Made by a program: the position numbers and the translations under genes. A stretch of 64,000 nt of DNA, taken from positions 101,866,001 to 101,930,000 of the forward strand of contig NC_043003.1 in assembly GCF_006345805.1 (NCBI RefSeq), written 5' to 3'. Below the pieces are notes generated by a model. That model was given only the letters and a program-made list of their open reading frames with translations. It had not been told where the DNA came from and did not search any database. This document shows, piece after piece, positions 53,484-64,000 of the stretch; positions within the stretch are counted from its first letter, which is position 1, and every line of letters begins with the position of its first letter. The DNA comes from Octopus sinensis. Its lineage: Eukaryota.

Positions 53484-55500
53484 GTATTTGTGTATCATCA
53501 TCAACATGGCCCCACCCTACTCACCTGGCACCTATAATTGCCAGCTCAGGCTCCATGAAAGACAGCACATTCTCACCCAACCTGCAATATCCATTAACAG
53601 GAAATACAAACTATCTTATATCTGGGTTGTTGGCAGCGAGTAGTTTGAAGTTCATCAGAAAGGTGTACCCCTGATGGTAGCAGTAAGATAGTTTGTATTT
53701 CCTGTTAATGGATATTGCAGGTTGGGTGAGAATGTGCTGTCTTTCTTGGAGCCTGAGCTGGCAATTATAGGTGCCAGGTGAGTAGGGTGGGGCCATGTTG
53801 ATGATGATACACAAATACTTTCATTCTGGTTGTCACAGAGTCTCCAGAGGAAATGAGACAAAGAAAGGAAGTTCCTTTATATCCTAGCATCTGAGTGAGT
53901 GCATATGTTATGTGTACCTTTCCTTGAAATCATTGGCCATCATGCCTATCTAGTACCTTGTCATACCATCAGATGGTATGAGGATGGCTTTGTAGATTAT
54001 TGCCCTTGAAAGGCAGGATTCTCCTAGTGAGCTACTGGTAGGGTTTTAAAAGTTACAGGCTGGAGTTGGAGATTATTCAGGTGCACGTTTGTGTCTGTTG
54101 TAGTGTGCTATGTTAGAAGTGATATTATCTTAGCAGGTGTAGCACACCTTGATGTTACGTGGGTTGAAGAGCTTACAGTACTTATCACTCTTCATCAGTA
54201 CATTATTGTAGTGGTAGTGAAGGGGTGAGGGCACCCAGTTGATGGTCTCCCAATCGGCCAAAAGCTTGGATAGTTTTCTTCTAACACCTGAGACTAAGTT
54301 TTTAATTACAATGGTGGTGGGGAAAATTTGAGCTTCTGTGGATGTACACAGTTGGGCTTCCTGTAAGGGTAGTACTTACCTGTTTTCAGGTTTAAGGTCA
54401 CATCTAGAAAGTCAACCATGGTCAAGCTGGTGGCAACTGTTATGGACAGACCAAATTCTTTGAATATTTTCATTGGGTCCTTCCTAAACTTGTCCATGGC
54501 ATTGCTATTCATATGGCTTGAGATTGCCAGGCTGTCATCCCTGTAAAGGGCCGACTTATGTAGGTGCATATATTTCTTGAGGGTATCCAAGATAAATAAC
54601 CTGATGAGACTGGCCATCTCAGCCTTGTTGTAGCTATCTGTAGAAACTGATTGAACAGTAAATCACCTTCTTTCTTCAACCAGTAGGAATTGTCATGAAC
54701 CAGGATTGACCTTCTGGCATTCATGATGATTCTGACATCAAGATTGCTTATACTAATGAATTGCTTAGCAAAATCCAGGGCCTTCATGAGAAGCAGTTTC
54801 AAGATAGAAGGGTAAAAGTCTATGATCAAACTGTGTGAATCTGCAGGCTAATTTGTTCTCATTGCCACAGAACCAGTCAATTGCAGCTGCACTGGAATCC
54901 TATTGAATCAACCCTGTGGCCTGTGGTATCAAGAATGTGCTTACTAACAATGTTTGTCTCGCCTTTAGAAGGGCTGATCAGCCTGCATTTAGAGCTGGAG
55001 AGGAAATTAGGCTTGTGATCCTTAAGTGTAATGTGGTGGGGTCATGTAGGGTGGTAGTCCACCTAATCCTCCATATTAAGGAAGATGGCTAGCATCTTCT
55101 CTTCTCTACTTATATTATTGTATGTGGCAGTGCTAGTTTTCTTGTATGTCATGGTAATTGTGTTTGTGAAAAGTTGCATGTGCGGGGATGCTTGTTTTCT
55201 AAATCATCTTTGTTTTGTCTGCAATGATAAGTACATTAGGTGATTGCTTAATTTTTGCCATTTAGTCACTTAAAGATTTGAGGCAGGGATTAGAGTGATG
55301 CCAAAACTTACCTTCTTTACAATGTTCCATATGTCAGTTTTGTAGTTCTCAAGGTCCTTTATCCAGGGAGGATACTTTTGGAATGTAGTAGTACATGGAT
55401 TCTCAAAGAAGTCATTCCAGTGCATATATACATTGACGATGCTTTCAGTTTTCTCCTAAACCACATCAAATAGAAAATCTCATTGGTGGTATTTGGATGT
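53484..55500 (-). mobile_element. Penelope-like element (Naiad-type): RT + C-terminal GIY-YIG, degraded, with an inverted 3' duplication
   Basis: ITLKDHKPNF, CRLISPSK, DFYPSI, ALYRDDSL, VDFLDVTLNLKTGKYYPYRKPN, KLFNPRNIKVCYTC, Y*IGMMANDFKERY, APPYSPGTYNCQL. Confidence 0.9.
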
Positions 55501-55642
55501 TCTTCAGTGAGTGTAGCAGTGGTTGTCATCCCATTTCAAACTGTTATCATACATTTGTGGATGGGGTTCAACAGGGTCTGGATCATTTGTACAAGTGAGT
55601 GGACAAATGAAAGAAAAATGCATTAAACACATTTAATTGGAG

Positions 55643-56040
55643 TTCTTTCTTTACTTGTTTCAGTCATTTGACTGTGGCCATGCTGGAGCACCGCCTTTAA
55701 TCGAGCAACTCAACCCCGGGACTTATTCTTTGTAAGCCCAGTACTTATTCTATCGGTCTCTTTTTTGCCGAACCGCTAAGTGACGGGGACATAAACACAC
55801 CAGCATCGGTTGTCAAGCGATGCTAGGGGGACAAACACAGACACACAAACACACACATATATATATATACATATATACGACAGGCTTCTTTCAGTTTCCA
55901 TCTACCAAATCCACTCACAAGGCATTGGTCGGCCCGGGGCTATAGCAGAAGACACTTGCCCAAGATGCCACGCAGTGGGACTGAACCCGGAACCATGTGG
56001 TTGGTTAGCAAGCTACTTACCACACAGCCACTCCTGTGCC
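55643..56040 (-). mobile_element. tRNA-derived SINE, family A, complete
   Basis: Minus strand: head ggcacaggagtggctgtgtggtaag, B box ggttcagtccc, internal (TA)/(TG) tract, tail ggcggtgctccagcatggccacagtcaaatgactgaaacaagtaaa. Confidence 0.9.
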
Positions 56041-56351
56041 TGGAGTTATAATATTATTGATAATTAAAACAGTTTGATTCAAATCCATGCAATTTGAAGT
56101 TTTGCAGGCTTCTAACAGAAATCTGGCCAGTTCAGGCTTAAATTATCGAATGAAGAAACACTGAAAGTCCAAGATGGCTACTGAAAAATGGGCTGCTGCT
56201 GCTGGCCAAGGCAGGTCACATGGTGTTGTGAAAAGTAAGAAGGCCATTTCAGAGACACCAGATAACTCAGAGAGGAGAATCTCTTGGAACACATGGCTAA
56301 ACAGGAAGCTGGTAGCATCTTGGTGTCTTTGTGTATAGGAAACTGACAAAA

Positions 56352-56389
<38 letters not shown>

Positions 56390-56569
56390 TGTATGTGTGT
56401 GTATGTCAGATGTATGAGTGCATGGATGTGGGTGGGTTATTGGTTGTATAAGTGTGTGAGTGTGTGTATGCAAGCATATATGTTCTTCCAGATGAACATG
56501 CATGCATATATATATATATATTCTTCCATGTGCATTTCTCTGTATGTGTATGTGTAAATTATGGTATAT

Positions 56570-56880
56570 CATCATCATCATCATCATCATTGTTGAACGT
56601 CCGCTTTCCATGCTAGCATGGGCTGGACGTATGACTGAGGGCTGGCGAACCAGATGGCTGCACCAGGTTCCAATCTTGATCTGGCAGAGTTTCTACAGCT
56701 GGATGCCCTTCCTAATGCCAACCACTCCGAGAGTGTAGTGGGTGCTTTTCCATGCCACCAGCACAGGGCCAGTCAGGTGGCCCTGGCAATGACCTCACTC
56801 AAATTTTTTACACATGCCACCAGCAGGGAGGCCAGATAGCTGCTCTGGCAATGATCACACTCGGATGGTGCTCTTAATAC
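56570..56880 (-). mobile_element. (ATG)n-tailed SINE-like copy
   Basis: Homologous to 22405-22592 and 36640-37075. Confidence 0.85.
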
Positions 56881-57221
56881 TCTACTAGTGCTATATTACA
56901 GAATTCTACTTGGTTGTAACAAAAAAAAAAAAAAAAATGCTAAAACTAGGTGGTTACTATGCTGCAGGAGAAATGGAAAGTGAAATAACTGAGCACCTTG
57001 AAGCAGACATATAATTCAAGAGAAATGTTATGAAAAAATGTTGTCATGGAATTAAAAATGAAAGTATTTTTCTAAGAATTCTCAAAGCCAAAACATATAA
57101 ATTTAAGCAGAGATGCAGATGTGTTGCTCTGTCTGTACATCTGTTTGTCTCTTATATGCATACATACATATACGTGTATGTGTGTGTGTGTATATTTATA
57201 TATATATATATATTCTTTTAT

Positions 57222-57490
57222 TCTTTTATTTGTTTCAGTCATTTGTCAGTGGCCATGCTGGAGCACCACCTTTAGCTTAACAAATCGGCCCCGGGAATTA
57301 TTCTTTGTAAGCCTAGTACTTATTCTATCGGTCACTTTGGCCGAACCGCTAAGTTATGGGGATGTAAACATACCAACATCGGTTGTCAAGTGATGGTGGG
57401 GGGAGGGGTCAAACACAGAAGCACAAACATATACACACACATACACACACACTCACCCACCCATCATATATACAACGGACTTCTTTCAGT
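57222..57490 (-). mobile_element. SINE family A, 5'-incomplete
   Basis: tgtttcagtcatttgtcagtggccatgctggagcacc...gaagcc-type body. Confidence 0.8.
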
Positions 57491-57928
57491 GGGAGTTATA
57501 GCAACTTTTTCAGCTTGTTGAGAAATTAGGAAAGACCATTCTAGAAAGACAGTTTAACCATGCCTTCTCAGCCGGAAACTATGAGAAGCAATAAATCTTG
57601 AAAGAGGAAGTTCCAAATTACATCAGATAAAGATTAATGCAAACTTCACTGTAACAACAGCAGAAAATATGGGTTCTTTAAGCAAAAAGCAGTCAATGAG
57701 ATTTAATGAACAATGACCTATATTAACATTAAACCTAGTTACTCATGCACACATCTCATAAATCTCCTCTATAGCATTAGTTTCTAACCGTTCTTCCAAC
57801 AAAGATATCTTTGACAGAGCACACTGTATTGCTATAGTTAAACCAGTGTTATAATGATAGTAACTTATAATAAATAGCAGCTTCAAAGACAAGGGTTTTA
57901 TATATGCTTAACCTTTTTGTCCCTTTAA

Positions 57929-58149
57929 CCCTTTAGTGTTCGCATTATTCTGCCAAAATGAATGCTTTTTTATCCACATTGTTTTGAACTAATCATGCAT
58001 CATCTTGTAGCTATGAGATTTTGATGAGGTAGCTATTAATTTTTAAAATGATATTGTAGGGTTGGTATGAGAGACCAGATCTGGCCAGTTTGACCATAAA
58101 ACAGGCAGAATACTTTTGGCCGGATATGGCTGGTTTAAATGCTAAAGGG
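57929..58149. mobile_element. piggyBac-like MITE
   Basis: TTAA|CCCTTTAG ... CTAAAGGG|TTAA. Confidence 0.85.
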
Positions 58150-59249
58150 TTAAACGAAACCCACATCCTGAAATGTCTGGTTTGCACTGCCATACTTATT
58201 AAACTTGAAAACTAACATTACTGACAGCTTAGTAAACACTTTAGTTAAATAACTAAAAACTACTTGCAAAGAAATACAGTCTTATCTTTTGCTGTTACAA
58301 GAAAAAATCTGGACACATGCTGTCTGAACGTTAGTTATGGTTGCACTTTCAGTACAATGAACATCACAACATACATTCGTCAAGACTCACAGAAACAAGT
58401 TGAGCAAGCAAAGAATTCTAATCTTTGATTGGAGCTAAGTTTGTAAATAAGTGAGGTAGGACTGAGGATCAAGTTACTATGATGGTAGCTGTATGTGAGA
58501 TTTTGTGTATGTTTTTGCCAAGATATGGGTAGGTTGTATAGGTTAACAAGAATGAGTAAAAAAGCTATATATTTCAATATATTTAATATTTGATATTTGG
58601 TCAAAATTAAGCATGTTCTGAGATAGTTCACAGGCAGTGATCTATATTTGTTGTTAATTCTTAAGCTGGCAAACATTTGATATTGTTGGTTTTTTATGCA
58701 TTTCAGGTCAACTGTAATTGGGCTGACATATTGCACATTCATAGGAGGTGGAATAACTGGTTGTAAAATACATTTCTATCGTTCCAGATATACCACATCA
58801 GTAATTTGTAGAAATTCAAGCAGTGCACTCTGACATGCAGTGGTTTGTTGCATGAGATGCAATAGAATAGTCCTGGCATATTGCTTCACTCTTCACACAA
58901 TTCAGTTTGTGTAGTCAGGCTCAAAGATTCTGACAATAGTCTCAATAGAGACAAGAAAAGTAGATCCAGTTACAGCGCAAGAGCTGTTCACCCACACTTA
59001 TCATTGATGGTGTGTCCCAACTTATAGGAGTTATCGATAATACTATTACTTTTGTGTGTATATATCTTTTTTTTTAGCTCAGGTGAGTGGAATGCCGATA
59101 TTGGACAAGCTATTAATGAACACTACATATGCTCAGTGATTAGAGGACTTAATAGCAAACATTTTGTGTTGTGTCTTAGGGTGAGGCTATTTTATTTAAA
59201 AAGGGAGCTGTGAGAAAGATGTTGAATTTTTTAATGATTTCAATGGTTG

Positions 59250-59440
59250 GCTGTTGCTGCTATGATTGGTGGTGGTGCTGCTGCTACTGCTGCTGCTACT
59301 ACTGCTGCTGCTGTTGATGATGATGAGGATGATGATGATGACGATGATGACGATGATGATGATGGTGATCGTGGTGGTGGTGGTGGTGATGATGATGATG
59401 GTGAGGATGATGATGATGGTGATGATGATATGGTTGTTGT
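59250..59440. repeat. Compound GCT/GAT/GGT trinucleotide tract
   Basis: Directly visible. Confidence 0.9.
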
Positions 59441-59442
59441 TA

Positions 59443-59718
59443 TTCTTGAAGTCTTCGTGTATTTGTGTAAAGCTGTGAGTTGTGTTTAGTGAACTGAAAC
59501 TACACTGCAAGATGAAACCAAGAACCTGAAGTCACTGTGATGAGTTTTTGTAGGATTTTTTTTAAAGAATTCAGATGGTTGTTTGAGTCTGTTGATGTTG
59601 CTATGGAAGAGTTCTTGGCAGCTTTTGAAACTGCTAAAATTTTTCCAGTTTGCCAGTAAAAATACGCATGCCTAGGAATAGGCAGGGCTGTGTGGTTAAG
59701 AAGTTTGCTTCCCAACAA
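59443..59718 (+). repeat. About 275-bp segment duplicated at 61081-61356
   Basis: Near-identical direct repeat that includes the head of the SINE beginning near 59682. Confidence 0.92.
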
Positions 59719-60187
59719 CATAACTTTAGATTCTGTTCCACTGTGTGGTGCCTTTGCAAGTGTCCAAGTGTCTTCTACAATAGCCTTGAGGCAACCAAAG
59801 CCTTGTCAGTGTATTTGATAGATGGAAACTGTAAGAAGCCTATTGTATATGTGAATGTGTGTGTGTGTGTGTTTGTGTTTGTTTTTCCTTGTGTTGACCT
59901 TGTGTGATAATTGTAAATGAGCTTTACCAACAAGTGGTGTTGTTCGTTTTATTGCATGGAAACATATTTGGCCATGGAGAAAAACACACAAGTGTTGGCA
60001 ACAAGAAAGATATCCATAAAAATCTGTCCAACATATGTAAGCAAGAAAATGTGGATGTCAATATAATGATGACAGCAAAAGTAATGATGATGATGAGGAG
60101 GAGGATGAGGATGGTGCTTTGTATGCATGTGTTTGTGTGAATATCTTTGAATATTTGTTGGTGTATGTATACAAGCATGTAATATAA

Positions 60188-60568
60188 TCTCTATATATAA
60201 AGCTGAAGTTCTGTGTATGGCAGGTTTGGTAGCCTTCAACTAACACTATCTCTTCCGAGACCCTGCAGCGCAAGTTGACCAAAATTGAGAGTATGATAGA
60301 AGAAGACTTGCTTCTGTAGAAGAAAAAATTCAAATTGGACCATGTTAACACCAGAAAGTATTTACATCATAAAGGTGCTTTTTTTCTAGGAAAATCCCTA
60401 TTTTTTATGATTTTTTGACTGCTGTGTTGCTATTTTCGGTGTATTTCAACCAGAAAAATGTTCACTTAAAGAGAATAACAAGCTACATAATGGAAACGTT
60501 TAACTTTTCAAAAATTCCAATTCTAAAGGGTTGAAACAAACCCGAGCAATTCCGGGCGATACTGCCAG
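60188..60568 (+). mobile_element. Non-autonomous Helitron-like element
   Basis: TCTCTATATATAAAG head; 3' cccgagcaattccgggcgatactgCCAG-T, matching the end of 2651-3161. Confidence 0.7.
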
Positions 60569-60899
60569 TGTTTGAATAAAGGAAGAGGAAAATATAAAGA
60601 AACAGTAAAAACAAAACAACAAAAGTAAGAATAATATATAAGTAAATAAATAAATATAAACAAAAGCTATCAAAGTGTCATTTTATTACTTTGGCGCCTA
60701 GCCTGTGTTTTATTCAAGAGCATTGACTATCCCTAGAAGCGGAAATGTCCAGGAAGTTATTTTTTTAATAAACATTTTAAATTCTAGCATTGTTTAGAAA
60801 TCATTGATAGCTATTGTTTAGGTGCAATTAAATGGGAATAAACAAATGTACTTTAATCCTGCCATCAAATTTTCTTTAAGTGCACATGTGCATGTATGC

Positions 60900-62030
60900 G
60901 CATGCGTGCGTGTGTGTGTATTAACATTTGTGTGAGAAAGCTGTTGAAAATCACCTGGCAAGACAAGGTCCCCAACACAGAGGTCCTCTCTTGAGCTGAT
61001 CCACCAAGCATTTACACTCTGTTGAAGAAAGCGTAGGTCAGGTGCATAGGCCACCTTGTTTGAATGCCTGATATATAGTCTTCTTGAAGTCTTCGTGTAT
61101 TTGTGTAAAGCTCTGAGTTGTGTTTAGTGAACTGAAACTACACTGCAAGATGAAACCAAGAACCTGAAGTCACTGTGATGAGTTTTTGTAGGATTTTTTT
61201 TAAAGAATTCAGATGATTGTTTGAGTCTGTTGATGTTGCTATGGAAGAGTTCTTGGCAGCTTTTGAAACTGCTAAAATTTTTCCAGTTTGCCAGTAAAAA
61301 TACGCATGCCTAGGAATAGGCAGGGCTCTGTGGTTAAGAAGTTTGCTTCCCAACAATGTAACAACAGTGACTCAAAAGACTACTGTGAATTGGCAGAAGG
61401 CAAGTGCATACAAAGTGGGCAGAAAAAGCACTTCAAAGATACACTCAAAGCTTCACTGAAGTGCTTTCAAATGAACCCTGACACCTAGGAAATGTGGGCA
61501 CAGGACTGTTCTGCCTCATGAAGCTGAACCAGCAGAGGTGCCACCTCTGTAGCCATCTTGTTTTCTGGAGCCACTACAAATTCCGCACTCGAGGGGGAGC
61601 CTTGTAGTGACACCATTTTGGAAGTCTTCAGCACACATGCACAGAGTTGGATTTCTTCCGGGAGGCCACTGGAAGTTCCCTCATGCGCATGCACAGAGAA
61701 CTACCAGCAGCAAAACTTTCCGTGTATCGATCTCTTTCGAAGCTGACACCGAAGTGAACGGACGCGTCCTCATAGCTCTACCAAGCAGCCACCACATGGC
61801 GAAGCTACACTACGCTGAAACGGAGCAGGATTTGGTTCACACCATTTAACCACTGTTAAGTGGTGATGCACACTCTTATGAACAGAACAGGATGGCAGAA
61901 GCACCAAGAAAATGTGAGCTTCACAAGTCCAGAGCCAATCAGCTGTGGCTGATCAGGCAGACACATGCTCTGAAGCTTCCGTCACAGGTGGAGCACTGGT
62001 GGTCTTCTGTGAATGAAGGTAAGGAGTTGG
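60900..62030 (+). mobile_element. RTE 3' fragment interrupted by two insertions
   Basis: LLKITWQDKVPNTEVL...GHLV*MPD [275-bp insert] YCELAEGK...KKHFKDTLKASLK [250-bp LTR-like insert] MAEAPRK. Confidence 0.75.
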
Positions 62031-62399
62031 TGCTGGACGTGTGCAGTTCATGCTTTTTAGGGAGCTTAAAGCCCACTAATTTAATAAAATATCTGGTAAT
62101 CCTTCGATAGCTGTAAGAGTTAATCCAATGCAAAACAACAACAATTCGTATGAGTTTTTGAGGCCTTCGTGTACATGGTATGTTTATTCCAATCCGGGAG
62201 GAGAGCATTCGTACACAGCTTGAATATTTAACATTTTACAGAACATAATGAAGTTGAACAAGAAAAGGTTTTCGTCTTGCCACCTTCCATGACTGGTATA
62301 GTGGATTCCACTCAATTCAAATCGGCGCGGGTAGTCTAGTAGCAGAGAGAGAGAGATGATGCAATTAGCAGCAAGCTGCTTAGTAAGCAAAGAGGCTGC

Positions 62400-62900
62400 T
62401 CTTGGCTCTGCCCATCTTTTTATCCCTCTCTCATGAGCGCCACCTCGTTGTTAACGATGTGACCAGGGGAGATAACTCCAGATGACCCATGGTCGGGCAT
62501 GGATTCAACTATGGTTGCCTACACTTTCTTTGTGCTTTTGCAATCCTGTTGTTTTTGTAGGAGTTGGCACCTCTGTTGGTGTAGCTAAGCCAGGCAAGGC
62601 AGCCTTGTGTTTGCATTTCACAGGCGTCATGGTTGATCTGTAAACACTTCAGTAAGGCTTTGTGTGTATCTTTGGAATGCTTTTCCTGCCACCTTCAGTG
62701 TATTGGCCTTCTGCCAATTCACTATAAAATAGTCTTTCGGGTAGTTGTGTATCAGGCATTTGAACAAAGTTGCCAACCCACCTGACCTACAGCAGAGTGA
62801 AAGTGCTGGGCAAATCAGCTTGAGGGAAGACTTTTGTTTCTGAGCCCTTATCTTGCTGGGCGATTTTCAACAGCTTTCTCAGACAAATATTAACACACAC
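62400..62900 (-). mobile_element. RTE 3' fragment, inverted homologue of 60900-62030
   Basis: Minus strand gagaaagctgttgaaaatc...atgcctgata...gtgaattggcagaaggc...aaagatacac aligns with the plus copy. Confidence 0.75.
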
Positions 62901-64000
62901 TTAAAAAAAATTTGAAGACGGAATTAAAGTACAATAGTTATTAATGATTTCTAAACAATACTAGAATTTATTAAACTTATAAAAAAAATATAACCTCCTT
63001 GTTTATTTCCTTTTCTAGGGATTGTCAATACTCTTGAATAAAACACATAGGCTAGATGCCTAAGTAGTTAAATGACACTTTGATAGCTTATGTTTTTATT
63101 TATCTATTTACGTATGTATTATCATTATCCTTGTTTCACCAGCTCCTGTCAAACTGTCCAACACATGCCTGAATGGAAAATAGATGTTAAGTGGTGATAC
63201 ACACTCTTATTCTATCTCTTTTCTGTTTATCTATCTCCCTCTTTTGTTCTTCTTCCCTTCTGTTTTTCTCTCCCACCCTTTCCCTATTTTTCTCCTCTCC
63301 CCTTCACCGTTCCCTCTCTCTCTCTCTCTCACTCTTCCTCCTTGACTCTCTTGTTGCTCACACATGACCAACAGCCATCAATCTTTCTTTCTTCCACTTC
63401 CTTCCTAAAGACAAGACGTACTTTTATTTGTCTCTTCTCAAAGCTCATTCACCACCCAGCAGTCACCACTTCATATTGTCTTGGTTTAACAGCCCTCACT
63501 GTTTGCTCTCACTGTCCTGTTTTTGTTACCACTATCAGCCTCCACAAAAAATCCCAAAGTTTATTTAATTTGCTTTGTGGGAAGGACTGTTTTAACAAAG
63601 TCACGTCTTGTCCTTACCTTCAAAATGTGGAGTAGATAAAACAGGGGACAACTGATGAAGGGAATGTTCTTTATGTTGCATGTCTCATTTCTCTGTTTGT
63701 TTGTTTCTTCCGTTGTTTGAAAAAAAGTTTGTTTTCTCTGTTTTTTATGTTCTCGTTTCTCATTTTGTCTACATTTTTTTGATGTCCTGTACCCATATAT
63801 GCATGTATATATACATATATATGTAGGTATGTACATATATGTATGTATATATGTGTATATTTATATATTATTTATATTAATATATATATATATACACACA
63901 CGTAGAGTATATATGTGTATAATTAAGGCAACAGAAGTTTTGGGCTTTTTTACTTCTACTTACTTGTTTCCACCATTTGACTGTAACCATGCTGGAGCAC

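Noticed and set aside
53619-53683. Hammerhead in the spacer of the PLE inverted repeat
   Set aside because: CUGAUGA is present on the minus strand, but stem II, GAAA and stem I cannot be formed.
53820-54310. Selenocysteine recoding in the Naiad-type PLE (reported for some Naiads)
   Set aside because: The in-frame stops I read near the expected Cys positions are TAA, not TGA, and the copy is too decayed to support UGA recoding or a SECIS.
59196-59510. Poly-D/poly-M/poly-I ORFs
   Set aside because: Translations of a GAT/GCT/GGT trinucleotide tract.

Overview
AT-rich, repeat-saturated animal genomic DNA. The repeat content (several tRNA-derived SINE families, CR1/L2-type and RTE LINEs, Penelope-like elements, very long TA/CA microsatellites) suggests a coleoid cephalopod, most likely Octopus; this is an inference, not a database match. 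The only host coding sequence I can support is the first coding exon of a sulfatase resembling N-acetylglucosamine-6-sulfatase (GNS), on the minus strand at 44741-44899. I recognised no further exon, so most of the window to its left is probably intron 1. The rest is nested mobile DNA: four CR1/L2-type LINE copies, RTE LINEs, Naiad-type Penelope-like elements (PLEs), five Tc1/mariner relics, Helitron-like and MITE-like elements, many SINEs, kilobase-scale microsatellites and a 100-N assembly gap. The best leads are: (1) an apparently complete type I hammerhead ribozyme at 14112-14202 (minus strand, same strand as the GNS-like pre-mRNA), plus four degenerate hammerhead loci; (2) a LINE whose ORF1 has an unusual Myb/SANT-like + polyQ + 2x CCCH zinc-finger layout; (3) a SINE and a LINE sharing a 3' stem-loop with a compensatory base-pair change; (4) several long inverted repeats. 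All long Y/I/C/M/V-rich ORFs in the track are microsatellite artefacts.
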